Positions 38,715 to 53,500 are shown, counted from the first letter of the stretch. The stretch: DNA of 64,000 bases from Trichinella spiralis (GCF_000181795.1 NW_003526943.1:11894007-11958006); one strand, 5' to 3'. Numbers and translations are program-made. The notes: a model not told the origin generated them from the letters alone.

Positions 38715-41092
38715 ATGGTTCAATTGTATCATCGCATTCCTCTGGGTTTCGTTCCGCATGTGCTTTAATCACATTCACTGCAAGGGAAGGAGAACACGCT
38801 ACCCCGAAACACACACGGGTAAGGCGATACACTCGCACCGGAGTCCTGTACGCAGTTGCGCCACAGGAAACGACAAGCATCGCAGTCTTCCACCCTTTCC
38901 ATGGCTTGCAGTCGTTGCTCGGCCAGTGAGCGATTGTTAGGTAGCCGGATTCCACCGGGTTTCCACAGTAGCCCCACAGTATACCGTGAACCATCATGTG
39001 TTAGATCGCTGTGAAACTTAGCGCTTACCAAGTCTTGAGTTGGATTCTCTTCTTGGGGTTTGATGCCGATGCAGTCCAGCTCCCAAAATTTCTTCAATGT
39101 CCGTTCCATTTCCTTTTCAATCTGAACACAATTGACTTGGGATATTGTATTTGGCGAGGGATTTACCGGGCCAAACACGACCCATCCCAGCGTCTTTTCG
39201 ATTGCTACCGGATCGTCATGGCCACCTCGCAGAATCTTCTCGCCGAGAAGTCGACCGCAGAAATCGAGACCGATCAGAATATGGATTGGGAGATTCATAT
39301 CCCGTTCTTCTGGTAGGTGTAGCTGTCCTAGGTGTTTCCAGTTCTTGTTCCGGTAGGGCACCGATGAAATGTCATCACATATATTAGTGAGCATCAGGGC
39401 TTCAATGGGTTGGTTGACTCCTTCGTGAGGATGGCTCTTCAAAGGACTTAGTTGTAGCTGAATTCTTCAGGAGGCTGCAGAGTGGCAGTTTATGCCATGT
39501 ATTCCTTTCACTGTGATTGCTTCTATTGGTGCTGCAAGTCCCAGGGTTTGTGCTACGTCTTCTCTGACCATAGTTTTTTCTGCGGCGCTGTCGAACAGAG
39601 TTCACTGTCATTCGCTTTCCTTCGGCGCCATGTGCTATTGCGCGTATTGTTTGAAAGTGTATTCTAGTGGAACCATGAGTGCTGGTGAGTAGAACATTCG
39701 CACTTGCTTCCGTTTTCTCTTCGAGACGCGACTTCTTTTGGGTTGGTTGTTTCTCGTTGTCTGCATCTGCTTGTCTTCAGGTTTGTTGATTTGGGCTCGT
39801 TGATGTTAGTAAACGGTGCAAGATCCAACCCCGACCCTTCAGTTTGCACTCTGTTGCTTGATGTCCGTGTTGCAAGCATTTGAAACACAGATGCAGTGTC
39901 CTGGCAGTTTTCTTGCGTTCTTCCAGCCATTGGCTTAGAAATCGCTTGCAATTTGGTAGACGGTGGTCACCTCGGCACACTGGACATTTAGGAGTGATTG
40001 AAGAGTGGAGCGCATCGATCGTGGTGTGTTTTCGTGTTTGTCTTCGAATATTCTGTCGTGCCGATGGGGACCGTGTTTTCCTGTTGGCCAAGTTGTCCGT
40101 GTGATCCATACAGAGAGCTTGTTGACTGAGGAAGGATAGGAACGCCTTCGATGTTTACTCTTCTTTAGTCAGTTTGGTGCTGTGCTCCTTCCACTTCGTT
40201 CGAGTCCGTGGCGGCAGCAAGTTGGCTAGCCTGGGCAACAGCATCCGAAAGCCAGATATATGCTTGGGTCACGTGTGTCAATGTCTCTTCCAAGTGCGCG
40301 TATCTACAACAGGTGGCTGTTGATTTCATCGTGTAACCGCAGCAGCTCCTTTCGACTGTGGTTGGATGCTGGCTGCAATTCATGAAGACGGTTAATGTGG
40401 GCGTCCAAGATGTCGGTTGTTCTGTGAAAACGATCATGAAGTAGTTTCACTAACTCTTCGTAATTCTCTGCCATGACGGTCAGGCCGTTAGCAAGTTGGA
40501 GAGCTTCGCCGGATAGGCATGATTTCAGATGGACAAATTTGGTGACATTGTCGAAGTCCTTTCTATGGTGCACTGCGCCATCGAATTGGCCCCAGAATGC
40601 GTTGAATTCAAGAATGTTCCCGTTGTAGGTTAGTAGCTTGCGGATCTGGACAATGGCGCTCAGCGGCACGCATTCACCTTGATGTAGCGTTGCGGTGTTC
40701 TGTGACAAGTCCGGCTGCTGGCTGGAGTTTTTTAGCAGATCGTTCGCTTTGCTTTGAAGCCGCGTAACTAGGCCCAGCAGCTGATCGTAGTCGGCAAGTG
40801 CCTTAGCCTTTTCGCTGTCGGGTAGTTCTTCCTGTCTCGCTCGGCGGGAGTTGATGAAGGCTTCTTTCCCTTCATCAACTGCGTTTATTGCATCGCGGAT
40901 GGCTACCAAGTCTGATTCGTTGTCACACAGACGCTGAAATCGCTGGATTCGGTGTTCTAATGACTTTCTTTCCGTGTCAAAGGGGATGATCTTCTTCTTC
41001 CCAGGATGCCTCATTTTACAACGTTGGCGATGAATCGCGAACCTGATCCATAGGTCGCTGGTCAGTCGAGAATCCGGCTCGGAGGACCAAAA
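38715..41092 (-). mobile_element. Degenerate BEL/Pao LTR retrotransposon: gag, zinc knuckles, protease, RT remnant
   Basis: gag ORF 40304-41014 (FWGQFDGAVH..KFVHLKSCL), CPVCRGDH..C and CFKCLQHGH..C knuckles, LFDSAAE protease motif, FWELDCIGI, RVCFGVACSP. PBS TGGTCCTCCGAGCCGGAT (41072-41089, tRNA-Tyr type). Confidence 0.9.
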
Positions 41093-41684
41093 TGTTAAGA
41101 AATCTTTCGTTCAAACTTTAAGATCATTTTTGTAGTGGACTGTATAGAATAATTATCGAAAATCAACGACGCGGGTGTGACTGAGATTTTATTTATTCAG
41201 AATAGTGAGTAACAACAATGATGTAGCGAGAGAAAGTAGTTCAGACGGTTCCGTGTTCTTTGTATGTGTTGGAAATCGTGTATTGTTGTTCCCTCCTCCC
41301 TCCTCACTCATATCATATATATATATATATATCTTTTTTTTGGCGTCACTCCGCATCTGGCGACCTAGATAAAATGAAAAGCAATTAAGAAGTCAGCTTG
41401 GGTACGCCACCCCTTACACTGTGCAGCTTAGCCGGAGTCTGAACAGGTGCGCTGTCAGCCACATTTCAGTTTTGACGCTTTTTCAGCAACTGACCACCAG
41501 AGTTGTGGCAGATATATTACAGGACGCTGACTTTGTGATGATTTAATTGCCATTCCATTGTTTTCCATCAAGAAAAAGGATGCAACTGGCGTTGCGCAAC
41601 TGTTGTTTTCTTACCAGGAGCAATGCTTTGTTACCACGGGGATTTTTAGATGGTGATGAGTAGGTAGTGAGACAAGATTTCTCA
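41093..41684 (-). mobile_element. 5' LTR of the BEL/Pao element
   Basis: Adjacent to the PBS, terminal TGTTAAGAAATCTT, homologous along its length to 57416-58011. Outer end is clipped by a few bases. Confidence 0.85.
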
Positions 41685-44600
41685 TTTGTGCTGGTGAAGG
41701 TGTCAACCTCATTTAACTAAGAATCTGTTAACCTTGCGTTCGTAGTGCTCATGCATGTCTGTGCCCATTTGCCAAGGTATCGCTACATCGAGGATGTGGG
41801 CAGTGTTCCCTTTGATCAGGATTAGATCAGGCTTGTAGACCTGGCCTCCTGATTTCAGGGCCTGATCCAAGTGCACCGTGAATTCTTCTTTCCGTGCGTG
41901 CACCCCAACAAAATGCACTATCTTGTTGTGCAGTTGGATGAACAGGCGTTTGGTATGGGGGCATTTCTGTGAGATGTGTGAGGCAGTCTCCCGTTGACCG
42001 GTTGAATGTCCACAGTGTCTGCACAGCAGCACCGCTGGGTTGTGGGGAGTTCTCCCCCTCCATTTCTGGGAGTCGGTTTCAATCACCCCAAAGCGAAGTT
42101 TCCCAAGGTACCGCCACATCGAGGACGTGTGCGGCGTTCCCTTTAATCAGGATGAGGTCAGGTTTGTAGACCTGACCCTCTGACTTCAAGGCATGTTCAA
42201 CGTGCACCGTGAACCCTTCCCTCCGTGCATGCTCCGCAGCAAGATGTACAATCTTGTTGTGCCCCTGAATGTACAGGTTTTTCGTCTGCGGGCATTTCTG
42301 TGAGATATGCGCGGCAGTCTCCCGTTTACCGGTTGAATGCCCGCAGTGTCGGCACAGCAACACCGCTGGGTTTTGGGGAGTTCTTCCCCCTGCATTTCTG
42401 GGAGCGAGTTTCAATCACCCCAAAGCGGAGTTTAAGCCCAGTGATGAAGTCCTGGCGTCGCATACCGTTAAGTCCGCTCAGTCAGGATTTACCCACAGAC
42501 CTTTTCCTGAACGTCGGCAGACAGCTTCCTTGGTACGTCTCGGTTAGTTCGGCGATTTCTGCGCGGAGCGGTTGTCGCTTACCCTTCTTCAACGCGTCCT
42601 TTGTGGCTGTCGGTACGGAGAAGTGCTGGAGTGCAGCATGCAGGGATTTCTGGTGTTGCGGCATGCTGGCTATGGCTTGTGATGTCTGGTCAACACTGTT
42701 CATCATGCTGTTGGTACCGACAGCGACGCGTGCAGTGTTGCGTGCGAAGCAAGCGCAGGCCTAGCCCGCCATCTTTCACAGGCATGGTGAGGAACATGTT
42801 ATTCATGCCGGTGTAAGGGAGGTGCAGGAAACGCTTGACAGTTTGCCAAATGGAGGCATCAACCTCCTCTAATACTCTCTTACCCACTCCGGGGACACTC
42901 AGCTGGAACTCTAGGGCGGGTATGAAGTAGTCCCGCACAGTGGCAAGTTTCTGTGCGGGTTTTAGGGGTGCTTTACGGATCCTCTCCAGGGTCCCTTCCA
43001 GTGTGCCTAGATTGAAAGAGGGCTTACCGTCTGGTATTATGGAGACCCCCAGGACTTTGATGAGTTCGCCTGGGCCAGCCAGTGGAATATGAATGCGTTT
43101 CTCTCCGGTGTCAAGGACTTTAAAGGCTTTAGAGCAGGGATAGCCAAACTTTTTTTTATCATCGACCCCCTATAATTTTCCTTGATGCCTCATCGACCCC
43201 CAAGCTCATAAAACAAGTATTATTAATAATAAATTTCTTTATTATAATGTATCATCCTTTTATTTATTTTTAATTAATCAAAAATTTTAATCCATCATAA
43301 TTTTTAATCAAATTTATTCTTTACCCTTTTCACAATTACTGATTCTCTATCAGCTTTATTTTACCTTTGCGTTTAATCATCCTTTCGTCAGTTTGTATAT
43401 CTGTTCCTATAATGGCCATATTCATGTAAATTCAAAGTAGTTAGTAATTTTTTATTTAACTATTATGATATTTTTTATTTAAACCGCTTGGCATCGTTAA
43501 TGTGAAGGATGTGTTTGATGAGCAGCTGCAAGGGCCTTGATATTTGACTGGAAATTGATGAGTTTCAGGCGCAAGTCTCCACGCATTTCCAGGTTCAGTC
43601 TGTTCCTTTGCTTTGATAAAATCGCATTTACCAATTCATCTGATGTAACGAAAGATGCGAAAATATCTAACAAAGGCCTATGCAACACATTTATCAAACT
43701 CTTAGAACAAAGCCGCATTTTGTCTAACTGGCGTCTAAACGACCAGTAAGAAAAGGTGGTGAAAATTTAGCCTGAAGTCGAAAATACTCTTAGCATCGCG
43801 CAAAATTAATTTCTGGTAGTGTCTGTTGATAGTTCAGAAAAGTATAAATTATTGTTACAAAATAGTTCTCGACGAAATAAATTACTCAGATGGGATTTCG
43901 AAGTTATATTCGATCCCGGAGTTCATCGACCCCCATTGGACCACTAAGCTTTTTTCGACCCCTTAGAGAGTCCCTTCGACCCCGAGGGGTCGATATCGAC
44001 CACTTTGGCTACCCCTGCTTTAGAGGTATCTTGAACTATCGACTTTGTTTTAGGCGTGCGGACGAAGCGCATACCTTTGCATTTCTTGATGTTTACTCTA
44101 AGACCCCTCTCGTTGACGAAGTCATGGGTGATGGAGAGAAGCTTCTCCATTACCCTGTGACTGCTACTGACTAGAGTTACGTCGTCCGCAAACGCCAGCC
44201 TAACGACCTCTGTGTTGCCGATTTTATAACCCACTCCGCTTTGTTCTAGACGCTCTATCAACTCGTCCATGACGGAGTTGAGGAGGAGAGGGGGAAACGG
44301 GGTCTCCCTGGCGTACACCTGGTTGATTTCTATTTTATTACTAAGTACCCCTCCATCTCCCTTGATGACGGTCGTGCTTACGGTGACCATTTCCCAAATG
44401 AGTGCTCGTGAATCGGTGTCGAGTCCATGCATGCGGAGGGGTCGATCGATCGAAGAGTGACTGACTGTGTCAAATGCCTTTGCTAGATCTACACTGACCA
44501 TGTTGAATTCCTTCCCGGACTTGTGCGCCTCTCTGATGATAGTCGTAAAGGTAGTGATATTCTCAAAAGCGCCATCCGTGCCTAACCGGAAGACCTTTTG

Positions 44601-45170
44601 ATGGGGGTTGAGGGGGGTCACTTCACTTAGCCGGCCGTTACAATCTTGCTGAACAGCCGGTATATATACGCACGAGCCAACCGTCATTGACCGGAAGTCT
44701 TCAGCATCGGACCGGGGATTGTCTACTTTCGGAATGACGGCGGTCCGACAATCCTGTAGGATCTGGGGGATGTGTCTCTCCACAGAAAAGTCTTAATGAC
44801 CTTAGAGAGACAGTGGGGCCAATTTCACGGAGGTTGGACACTTTGACTCCATCGGGGCCCGATGCAGAGCCAAGGTTCATCAGTTTGAGGTGTTCGCTCA
44901 CCTCACAGTATATACAGTATTGTTTATCGGAGCGCGCTTCAGAAAGAAGGGGGCGCGGTCAGTAGATGGCTGCTTACCCAGTCTTACTGCAGAACTACAG
45001 TATACCAAACCGTAGAGGATTAGGAGCTTTCTGATGGTCTTTCAGGACCTCCAGATGCTTTCATGGAGTGCGGATTGTGGGAGGCGACTGAGTTAATGGA
45101 GAGAAACGGCTTCCTGCAGATGCTACAATGCAATGTGAGGTGTAGAGAGTGTTTTGTGCAGTGCGACTTC
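41685..45170 (-). mobile_element. R2-type (family A-related) fragments: zinc finger, RT, linker and two head-to-tail REL segments; interrupted by a hAT element
   Basis: CSICRKPFLSINSVASH, SGPDG, DLAKAFD, AFADD, DGGLGLR, two copies of CRHCG..ET..HISQKC/YKPDL/DVA.PW joined near 42096. Confidence 0.85.
43135..44017 (-). mobile_element. Non-autonomous hAT (Buster/Charlie-like) element, 883 bp
   Basis: TIRs CAGGGATAGCCAAA / TTTGGCTACCCCTG; perfect 8-bp TSD CTTTAGAG (43127-43134, 44018-44025); subterminal TCGACCCC repeats; transposase C-terminal remnant KQRNRLN..DLRLKL..HPSH. Confidence 0.93.
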
Positions 45171-45580
45171 AACCAGGAGAAAACACATTCGGTTGCGTTG
45201 CAAACTATTCCACATTTGACAACAGTCCAAGAACGTTGTTGTCCAAACACGTCTGTTCTTCCGCTGTACTGCATACATAAAACGGCATCCAGATGAAATG
45301 TCAGTCATTGAAACAGAAACCAGTGACAGGATGGTAAAATTTGAATGACGTCTTCACATGCGAAATCATAAAAATGATTTATACGATCAACATCAACAGA
45401 ACCAACTTCCAGAAAAATTTCTGATTTTTTCAATTTGCGCAAACAAACTTCATCAACATTTCCAATTTTACAGTTTGCGAGCGAAAACCGTGTAATCGGC
45501 ATCATGATTACTGGGACAAATTAAAATGAAAACATCCAACCATCATAACCACGTGCCAAAGCTGACATCACCAAAAGAAT
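44689..45580 (-). repeat. Left arm of an 892-bp near-perfect inverted repeat
   Basis: Reverse complement of 58724-59615. Identical ORF translations appear on opposite strands in the track; about 4 mismatches seen by eye. Confidence 0.95.
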
Positions 45581-46459
45581 GCCGTAATTCTGAACAGGAT
45601 AGACCCGATTTTCCTCCTGACTCCGCCTACTTCTTCGCAGTAAAATTTCATTGGTTTCTGCTCTGACACGCTTCTAAATTTCATTTGTTGTCATTCCTCC
45701 GCATTCTATTTGTCAAATTTTATTTCATTCTATTTGTCAAATTTTACTTCTAATCTTTTGACTGTTTTCAAATAATTCTGTTGTTCTCAAACTGAGAAAA
45801 GTAAGAGAATGAAATTCCGATGAAAAAATAAAAAAACAAAACAAAACAATGCAGATACAATGCAATGCAGTACAAATAAAATACAATCCACCACTTGAAT
45901 GGTCGTATTAACCTTTATCTTACTGAAATTTTATGCGTTAAATTTATATTGTATTTACATGAAGTAACAGAAATTGTAAAGAAATTAAGTAAACAATGTT
46001 TAAAGCATAAATTCAAGGTTTTTCTCATAATTTAATGATGAGTAGAACTGAATTTCCAAAAGGGAACTTCGCCTGCTTTTTCACATTTAAATGAATGATT
46101 GTCGTACTAAAAAGTTCCATTTGCTAAATATTCCTTTTCTATCAATGGTAAGTTTTCTAATTCGAGGTTACACTGTTTTTCATTTATGTATTCATGGCAT
46201 GGCATCATAGCTGATAATTTTTCTTAACTTTATGATATTGCATATTTAATTTTTATAGAAAAAACAGAATTTTTTGATTGATATAAAAAACGGAAGTGCT
46301 GTTCATATAGATGCAGCGCAACATTAAATGGTGCGAAACAAATAAGTTGATAAAAAGCAAACTTTTTAAAAAAAACAGTTATTCTCGTCGGTGCCATTTA
46401 CAGCTTTCTTTCTGTTAGCATTCTCAAAGTGGTTTACTTTTATCACGCCGAATGCATAA

Positions 46460-49200
46460 ATACTGTTCAGAAGAATCCCAACCCTAACAGTTGCTTTGCT
46501 TGTCAGATAAATTACATTTTAGCTAGCAATTATGTGAGATTTATGCATAAGATGCTTTTCCGTTTGTCAGAAAATATTCTGATTAGCTAATGGCGATTGT
46601 AATACAATGGAAAAATCAACAAGTGATGAATTGTCCACAGCTGCTGTTGTCAGCTAAAACTAGGCATGGCAACTGCTAACTTGTTAGCATTTAAATACTT
46701 TTCAAATTTCAGGCTGACTGTTCTCTGAAAATGTTTCCTGATGGCAATTAAAGATTTCATTTTCAAATTCAGAAAGTTTTGACTTCTTTCATCACTGCTA
46801 TTGTTTAAAGTCGCATATTTTATTTAAATAGAAAATTAAAAATCTGCTATATTATTTACAAGTCAAAAAACAAATTTATTTATATATTTCGTGTAAATTG
46901 TAAACTTTCTATTTTAACATCTGAACGAAACCGACTAGTGCGCTGGTGAATACCAGAAATTAGAATTTCAGTATTTGTGTTCAGCATGATGCCGTAGAAA
47001 TGCGCAAGGCATAAATTCAATCAATAATACTACTAGTCTGGAATTTTTACAATACATCAGGCAGACGTTTTCTCAAATGGATAATTCACTGCTTGATCCA
47101 GGCAGCAAACCCTTTGATATTGCCCAGATATTGTTCACTCCAAACAATGGGATGAAAGTTATGGCAGCAAATGAGAAATCAATATATGCTTCATGCTTGC
47201 CGACGATGATAATCAGCAATGATCATATTTTGGCAGAAAATATGCAATGCTAGAGGAAGATAACGTTCCTACTTATGATAAAGTGAACTTGAGATGAAAA
47301 ATAATTTTCTTTTTCTTTCACTTTAAATGATTTTTAAATCCAACAGATACTTTTTGATCTGGAATGTACAACATGTGGTTATCATCGTAATACAACAATT
47401 GCAACTTGAATGTTTAATCAACCAAGTTGTCGGTTTTACTTTAGATATTGAAAGAGAAATTTAATACAATTTACACAAAATATATAATTACAAATTTTTT
47501 ACTTTAAACAAAATTCCAGATTTTATTTTTTATTTAAATGAAACATAAGAAGAAAAACAATAACTCTTGTGAACAGCATCGAAAGAAAGATTGGAAGATT
47601 AAATTCTTTTGCAAGCCAGAAATATTTTCAAAGAACACTACAGCTGAAATCAGAAAAGTGTTTCGATGCTAACATTCAGCATTCACCACTCCAACTTTTA
47701 GCTATAAACTGCAGCTTTAGATAATTTATAAATTTTAAATGTTCCCATTCTACTAAAATCGCCATTAGCTACTCAGCAGAACAATTTGTGGCAAATGGAA
47801 AAGCATCTTATGCATAAATTTCATATAATTGCCAGCTAAAGCGTTATTTATCTGATGGGTGAAAAAACTGTTCGTTGCCATTCTATTTGGACATTGTACA
47901 TTGTATTTGCTTGCCTGTTGTAATAACTCATCATAAGAAATTGATGAATCATATATCCGATATCGTGTATATGAGATTTTTTGTTTGCTGAAATTCTGAT
48001 GGATACGGCTTTCTGGACTGGACGGCAATGAACAGAAAATAAACACGGAAATAGATTCCGTTATTATTAATACTGGAGTAAGCGGAAGTACACTATAAAG
48101 CAGGAAGTAAAATGCTGCTGGACATAAAGCTTGATGCAGCTAATTAAGCTAAACAAATCAACCGGAATGGTGCAAATGCTAATTTCTCTTACTGCTGTGT
48201 ATAGCGTGAACTTCCTTGTGCTCTTTTCCTTATCGTTCCTTTGATATCTTTTCATAATGGAGGCAAATAATGATTTAATTCAGTTTGTAATTACAAAAAG
48301 GTACTAACAGAAATTAGTATTGAAAAGAAAATTCTACACACTGAATCGGATAAATCGTAATGATAAATATTGGATGTGTGCTGAGATAAGCAGCATTATG
48401 ATTGTAATATCACAATCAAGTCATTTCTTTTCGCGTCCACTGAAAAGTGAATTTGAAGCAGCTTCAAGCGCTTCTGTGCTTCGTTGGTGCTGTTCATCGC
48501 TTTCTTTCTGCTTTCGAAGCGCTTGACTTTTATTTATCCATTCGAGTTTAAAATTAAAAATACCGTTCAAAAGAAATGTCAGCCAACAGTTGCTTTCAGT
48601 CGTCATATAAATTACCTTCTTAGCTAACAATGAAATCAGATTTATGCCTAAGGTTCTTTTCTATTTGTCAGATATTGTTCTGATGAAGGCTAGTTGAAGG
48701 CTACTCAAGTACAAAGAGAAAATCTAAAATTGATAAATTGTCTACAGCTGCAGTTTTCAGCTAAAACTGGGAGTGGTGATTGCTGAATGTTAGCATCGAA
48801 ACACTTTTCTGATTTCAGCTGTAGTGTTCTCTGAAAATGTTTCTAGTTTGCAGAAGAATTTAATCTTTCCAATCTTTCTTTCGCTCCTGTTCACAAGAGT
48901 TATTGTTTTTCTTCTTATGTTTCATTTAAATAAAAAATAAAATCTGGAATTTTGTTTAAAGTAAAAAATTTGTAATTATATATTTTGTGTAAATTGTATT
49001 AAATTTCTCTTTCAGTATCTAAAGTAAACCCACTACGGGGTTGATTAAACATTCAAGTTGCAATTGTTGTATTACGATGATAACCAAATGTTGAACATTC
49101 CGGATCAACACGGAATTTTTCAAAACTGCAGTTGCCAGCCAACAAAAGGAGTGGTGATTGTTTAATGTCAGCATTGACTTATTTTTCTGATTTCCGCTTC
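46460..49200. repeat. Cluster of alternately oriented ~540-bp repeats (A+ 46460-46990, B- 47354-47895, C+ 48560-49108, partial D+ 49122-49200); candidate hairpin-RNA locus
   Basis: B and C are reverse complements, near-perfect over about 47377-47700 vs 48760-49085. A is a diverged direct copy of C. Confidence 0.85.
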
Positions 49201-50545
49201 TGGAAGCACAAACTTTGGAACATCCTTAGTTTTTCACCCGTTTGCCGGTATATCTCAATTTGTACGCCTTGCCATCATATACAAGAAACGTACCACCACT
49301 CCTTCAATTCCGTACAGTTCCGTTGGATTTGGATTAATAGCTAACCGGGAGGTGAACATTTCATACAGCTTCAGTGTCAATCAGAAATGCTAATTAATGC
49401 AAACGTTGTTGTCTTCAGTTATGCTAAAGTGTACAAGCGGAGGCAAGATATGGCCTTCCTTAACTTCACTAAATACTGTTACGGTTATTCAAAATTTATT
49501 AACATTTATTCGAACAGACTTATGAAATTTTTTAATATAAAAATTATAAAAAGGCTAACAAAAATCCGGAATAAAATTGTGATTGTTATGATTTGTAAAA
49601 GGCATTGACAAATGAAGTTTTCAAATAATAAAACAGTTTACTATTTTTGCATGCATCGTTTTTACAACGACGTGTTGAAAATCAAATTTAATTACATATA
49701 AAACTTATGAATTCAACATCTTCAACCACTATCTTTCAACAACTGTCGAAATATTCCCATCTATAGTTATAAATTACAGTACTTTTTGCAAGTTGAAAAT
49801 ACTTTCCAAATTTCCTATTCATTCCGATATTTCCTGTCTATCATCGATGACGATTAATTTAATCTGGTCTGGTATTAAATGCGCAACATTTAATGTAATG
49901 ACCGTAAGGTGATGGACTATGAACGCGATTTACGAAGCATCCTTTATTTTGAATTATCAAGAATTTATGAATTCAGTTTTTACAAAAGTAACCATTCGTG
50001 ACATTATATTACAGTACACATTACAATTTACTATATATGAATATCAAAAGCAAAAGGCTATTATTTAGCAGTCATATTTGAATTCACTTTCAAAATGTAA
50101 CATATTATAATTAGAATTTGTGAAACAATGATAAACAGCCAAGAATTGCAGTGATTTGAACGGCACAATATTTTATGTAAGTCACGAGGAAACTTCAACC
50201 AATAGCTCATCTCGGAGCAATGCACCAATCACAGTGAAGATTGATGCGATTGGTATTTGAATAATTAAATTCGCTATCACGTGATGTGGAGACATTCATT
50301 ACGATAAGTGGAAACGAACGCTACTCATTCAAAGTTGAAAAGTTGACGCTTGCTGGCATATTTTTAACATTCTATCATCACAGAAAGTTCTATTTTATTC
50401 TTTTCTTGATTTTTTTAACCAAGATTAATATTCTCAGTTTAACTAAAGATTAGGTACAATTTGATTACTGTGCTTACTGTAAATCAGCGTTCATTTGCCC
50501 AGTAAACTGTTGTTGCTGTTCTATTCTCAACTTGTATTGCTTCCA

Positions 50546-53500
50546 ATGTCTCAACAAAGTAAGTATTGTTGTTATATTATGTAAAATGTTGATCGTAGCA
50601 TCGTCTATTGTTGTTTGATTTTTAATTTTTCAAAAAGTGGTGGCCTAGCTGCAAAATATATTTGACCAAATTCATGAACCGCATCTTATTTCACCAACTG
50701 TTGAGCAATTTTTAATCACTGAATTATTTTTAGGCCAAGATACGAATTTAGCTGCAGATGAACTGTCGCAGTTGGGTTTAGTAAGTATTATTTAATGTTT
50801 TATTAAATTATTTCTTATTGTTGTTGTTGTTGATGCTTTTTTAGAAAGAATTAGTGAAGCGTCCTGGATACGGGACTGTTGGCAAGCCGATAAAATTAGC
50901 ATGCAATTATTTTCCACTGATAAAATTACAGAAAGGTGATATTGTGGTTAACAGATATCACATCGACATACAACATCCACGTTTAAAGTTGAATTGGTTC
51001 GAGTTTAATTTATTGTTAAGTTTTATTATAGTTTTAATGTGTTTTTATTTTCTGTTCAAGTGATGACAATCGTGACGTATTTTGGGCATATGTAGTGAAG
51101 CGTTCAGATATTTTTGGCGATCCATTTAAATTAGCGTACGATGGGAAGAGTACTTTGTTCACAGTTGAGAAATTACATTTGAAGCAAGTCGGTGAAACAG
51201 CAGATCCGGTTCGTTTTAAAAATTAATTCTGGAGTTTTATAAATTGTAATTTTCAAATATGAATATTTGTATATTTTAAGGAAAAGTTTTCCTTCAAAAC
51301 TGTTCGAGAAAATAAACCATCAGAGTTATCTATTTTGATGCAATTCACTGGTCTGGTTCACTTGGACTTCAGAAATGCAGAAGCCGGTTCGCTGGATGAA
51401 CGTGAAAAGGGTCCAATTCAATTTTTGGATATATTGTTTGCACAAGGGCGTTCATCTCCATTATTTGAGTAAATTGCAGTTTAATAACAGTTTTAATTTA
51501 TGAATTGGAATAATTTCAGATTGTCGAAATCATTCAAAGCAGTCAGGAATTCATTTTATTGCATTCCACAAGGTGCTGGTGTGGACGTGAAATATGGCAT
51601 TGAATTATGGAGAGGCTTGTTCATTTCTGCGCGCGTAATTGATGGTTTTCGACCAGCGATTAATATTGATGGTGTGATGGAAATTGTTTTTCATTTCGGT
51701 GAAAAAAAATTTTAATAATTGAAATGGATTTTAGTATCACACAGTTGCTTTTACAAGCGTCAGTCACTGATAAATTTGATTTGCGACATATTGAATGGTG
51801 ATGAACGTGAAGTAAGATTTCATCCAAATCAGCTTAGATTGAATACCCAACTTCAACCAGAACATTTGAACTTGTTGATACCAGAATTAAAAGGTAATCG
51901 TCAATGGAATATTTGAAATATATTTAAAATTGTTTTTCTTATTAATTTAGGGGTCTGTATTCATACAACACATCGAAATCAAGATCGAATTTATCGTATT
52001 AAAAATATACTCAGTACGGCAGTATCGATGAAATTCGAAAAAGACGGAAAAGAAGTTTCAGTTGCGGAATATTTTCGTGATGTTTATGGGCCATTAAAGT
52101 ATCCAAACTTGCCGTTGGTTGAAGTCGGCAGTAAATCAAAACCAATTTATTTCCCAGTTGAAGTATAAAAAACTGACAATTGTTTCAACGTTTTTTTAAT
52201 ATAATGAATTTATTTTGGTCAATTTAGCTTTGTCAAGTGGCAAACTGTCAAAGATACAACAAGAAATTGAAAGCGTGTCAAACGACTTCTATAATTCGAG
52301 TATGTTAATGATTTTAAATATTGATAATAATAATAATAATAATAAATTGTTATATATCTAGTTTGCTTCGACAGACGCTCCTACTCGAATTCTAAAGTGT
52401 ATGGACATGGTCAAGAAATCAAATTTCAATAATGATCCATTTTTGAAAAGTTTTGGCGTTCAAATTAAAGCGGAACCAATGATTGTTAGTGGACGAGTTT
52501 TGCCTCCGCCTAGGTTGGAATATGGTAAAGGAAATGGAGGACGTGTAAATAAATAATAATTATGCATATCATTCATTTTGAAAAATATTTGTTTCATAAT
52601 TTGTCTCATGTTTTTAGCAAATAATTCTTACACCAAAAGATGGAGCATGGAATTCGAATGAATTTAAATTTTTTGAATCTGCTTCTTGCGAATCATTTGG
52701 ATTTGTATCGTTTCTACCACCACATAAAGCATCAATGTTACAGTAAGTATTGCAAAATTTCATTAATAAATCAAATTAGCTTTGTTGATTATTTGCTTGA
52801 TTTTTAGGGAATTCTGTCTGCAAATTGTCAGAACATGTCGTAGTACAGGAATTGAAATGCCGGACAGCCCAAAATTTTACGAACAAGCGCGAAAAAATGA
52901 TACGGTAGAAATGGTATTAAAACGTATTGCTGACAAATGTGACAGAGATGGAATAAAATGTGATTTGGTATTTGTCGCGTTATTTTCATCTGAACAATAT
53001 GGTAATAATTATTTTGTTGTTATATGGTGAAATTTATTTTATTAATGTTGAATGTATTTTTACCTTTTTTAAGCTCAAGTGAAATCTTGTGGTGATATCA
53101 CTTTTGGATTGGTCACTCAGTGTGTATTACCGAAAACAATAAGTGATGTAGCAATAAAGAAGAGTTATTCGACGATGTTAAATATTGCGATGAAAATAAA
53201 TATGAAAATTGGTGGCATCAATACAAAATTACTGGAAGATGAAATGTATGATATTGAATTGATGAATGCGTATGAAAAATTCTTGAATGGAAGTTTTTTG
53301 TTTAGTTTGGATAATTATTTGTATAAAAATAATGCATTGGTAATTGGTGTGGATGTGGTTCATCCATCTGTTGTAGAAACGCATTTACCATCAATAGCTT
53401 CGGTGGGTATTATTCATGGTATTGTACTTTCGAATTATTGAAGGAATGTTTTTGATTTGAAGGTTGTTGGAAATGTGGATACAAAAGTGACGAAATTTCA

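Noticed and set aside
43141..43149. TAGCCAAA as another R2/28S junction
   Set aside because: It is part of the hAT terminal inverted repeat, mirrored at the other end; no 28S sequence follows.
47765..48255. Small minus-strand gene in the hairpin loop
   Set aside because: Short ORFs and possible splice sites exist, but no consistent gene model or recognisable product could be built.
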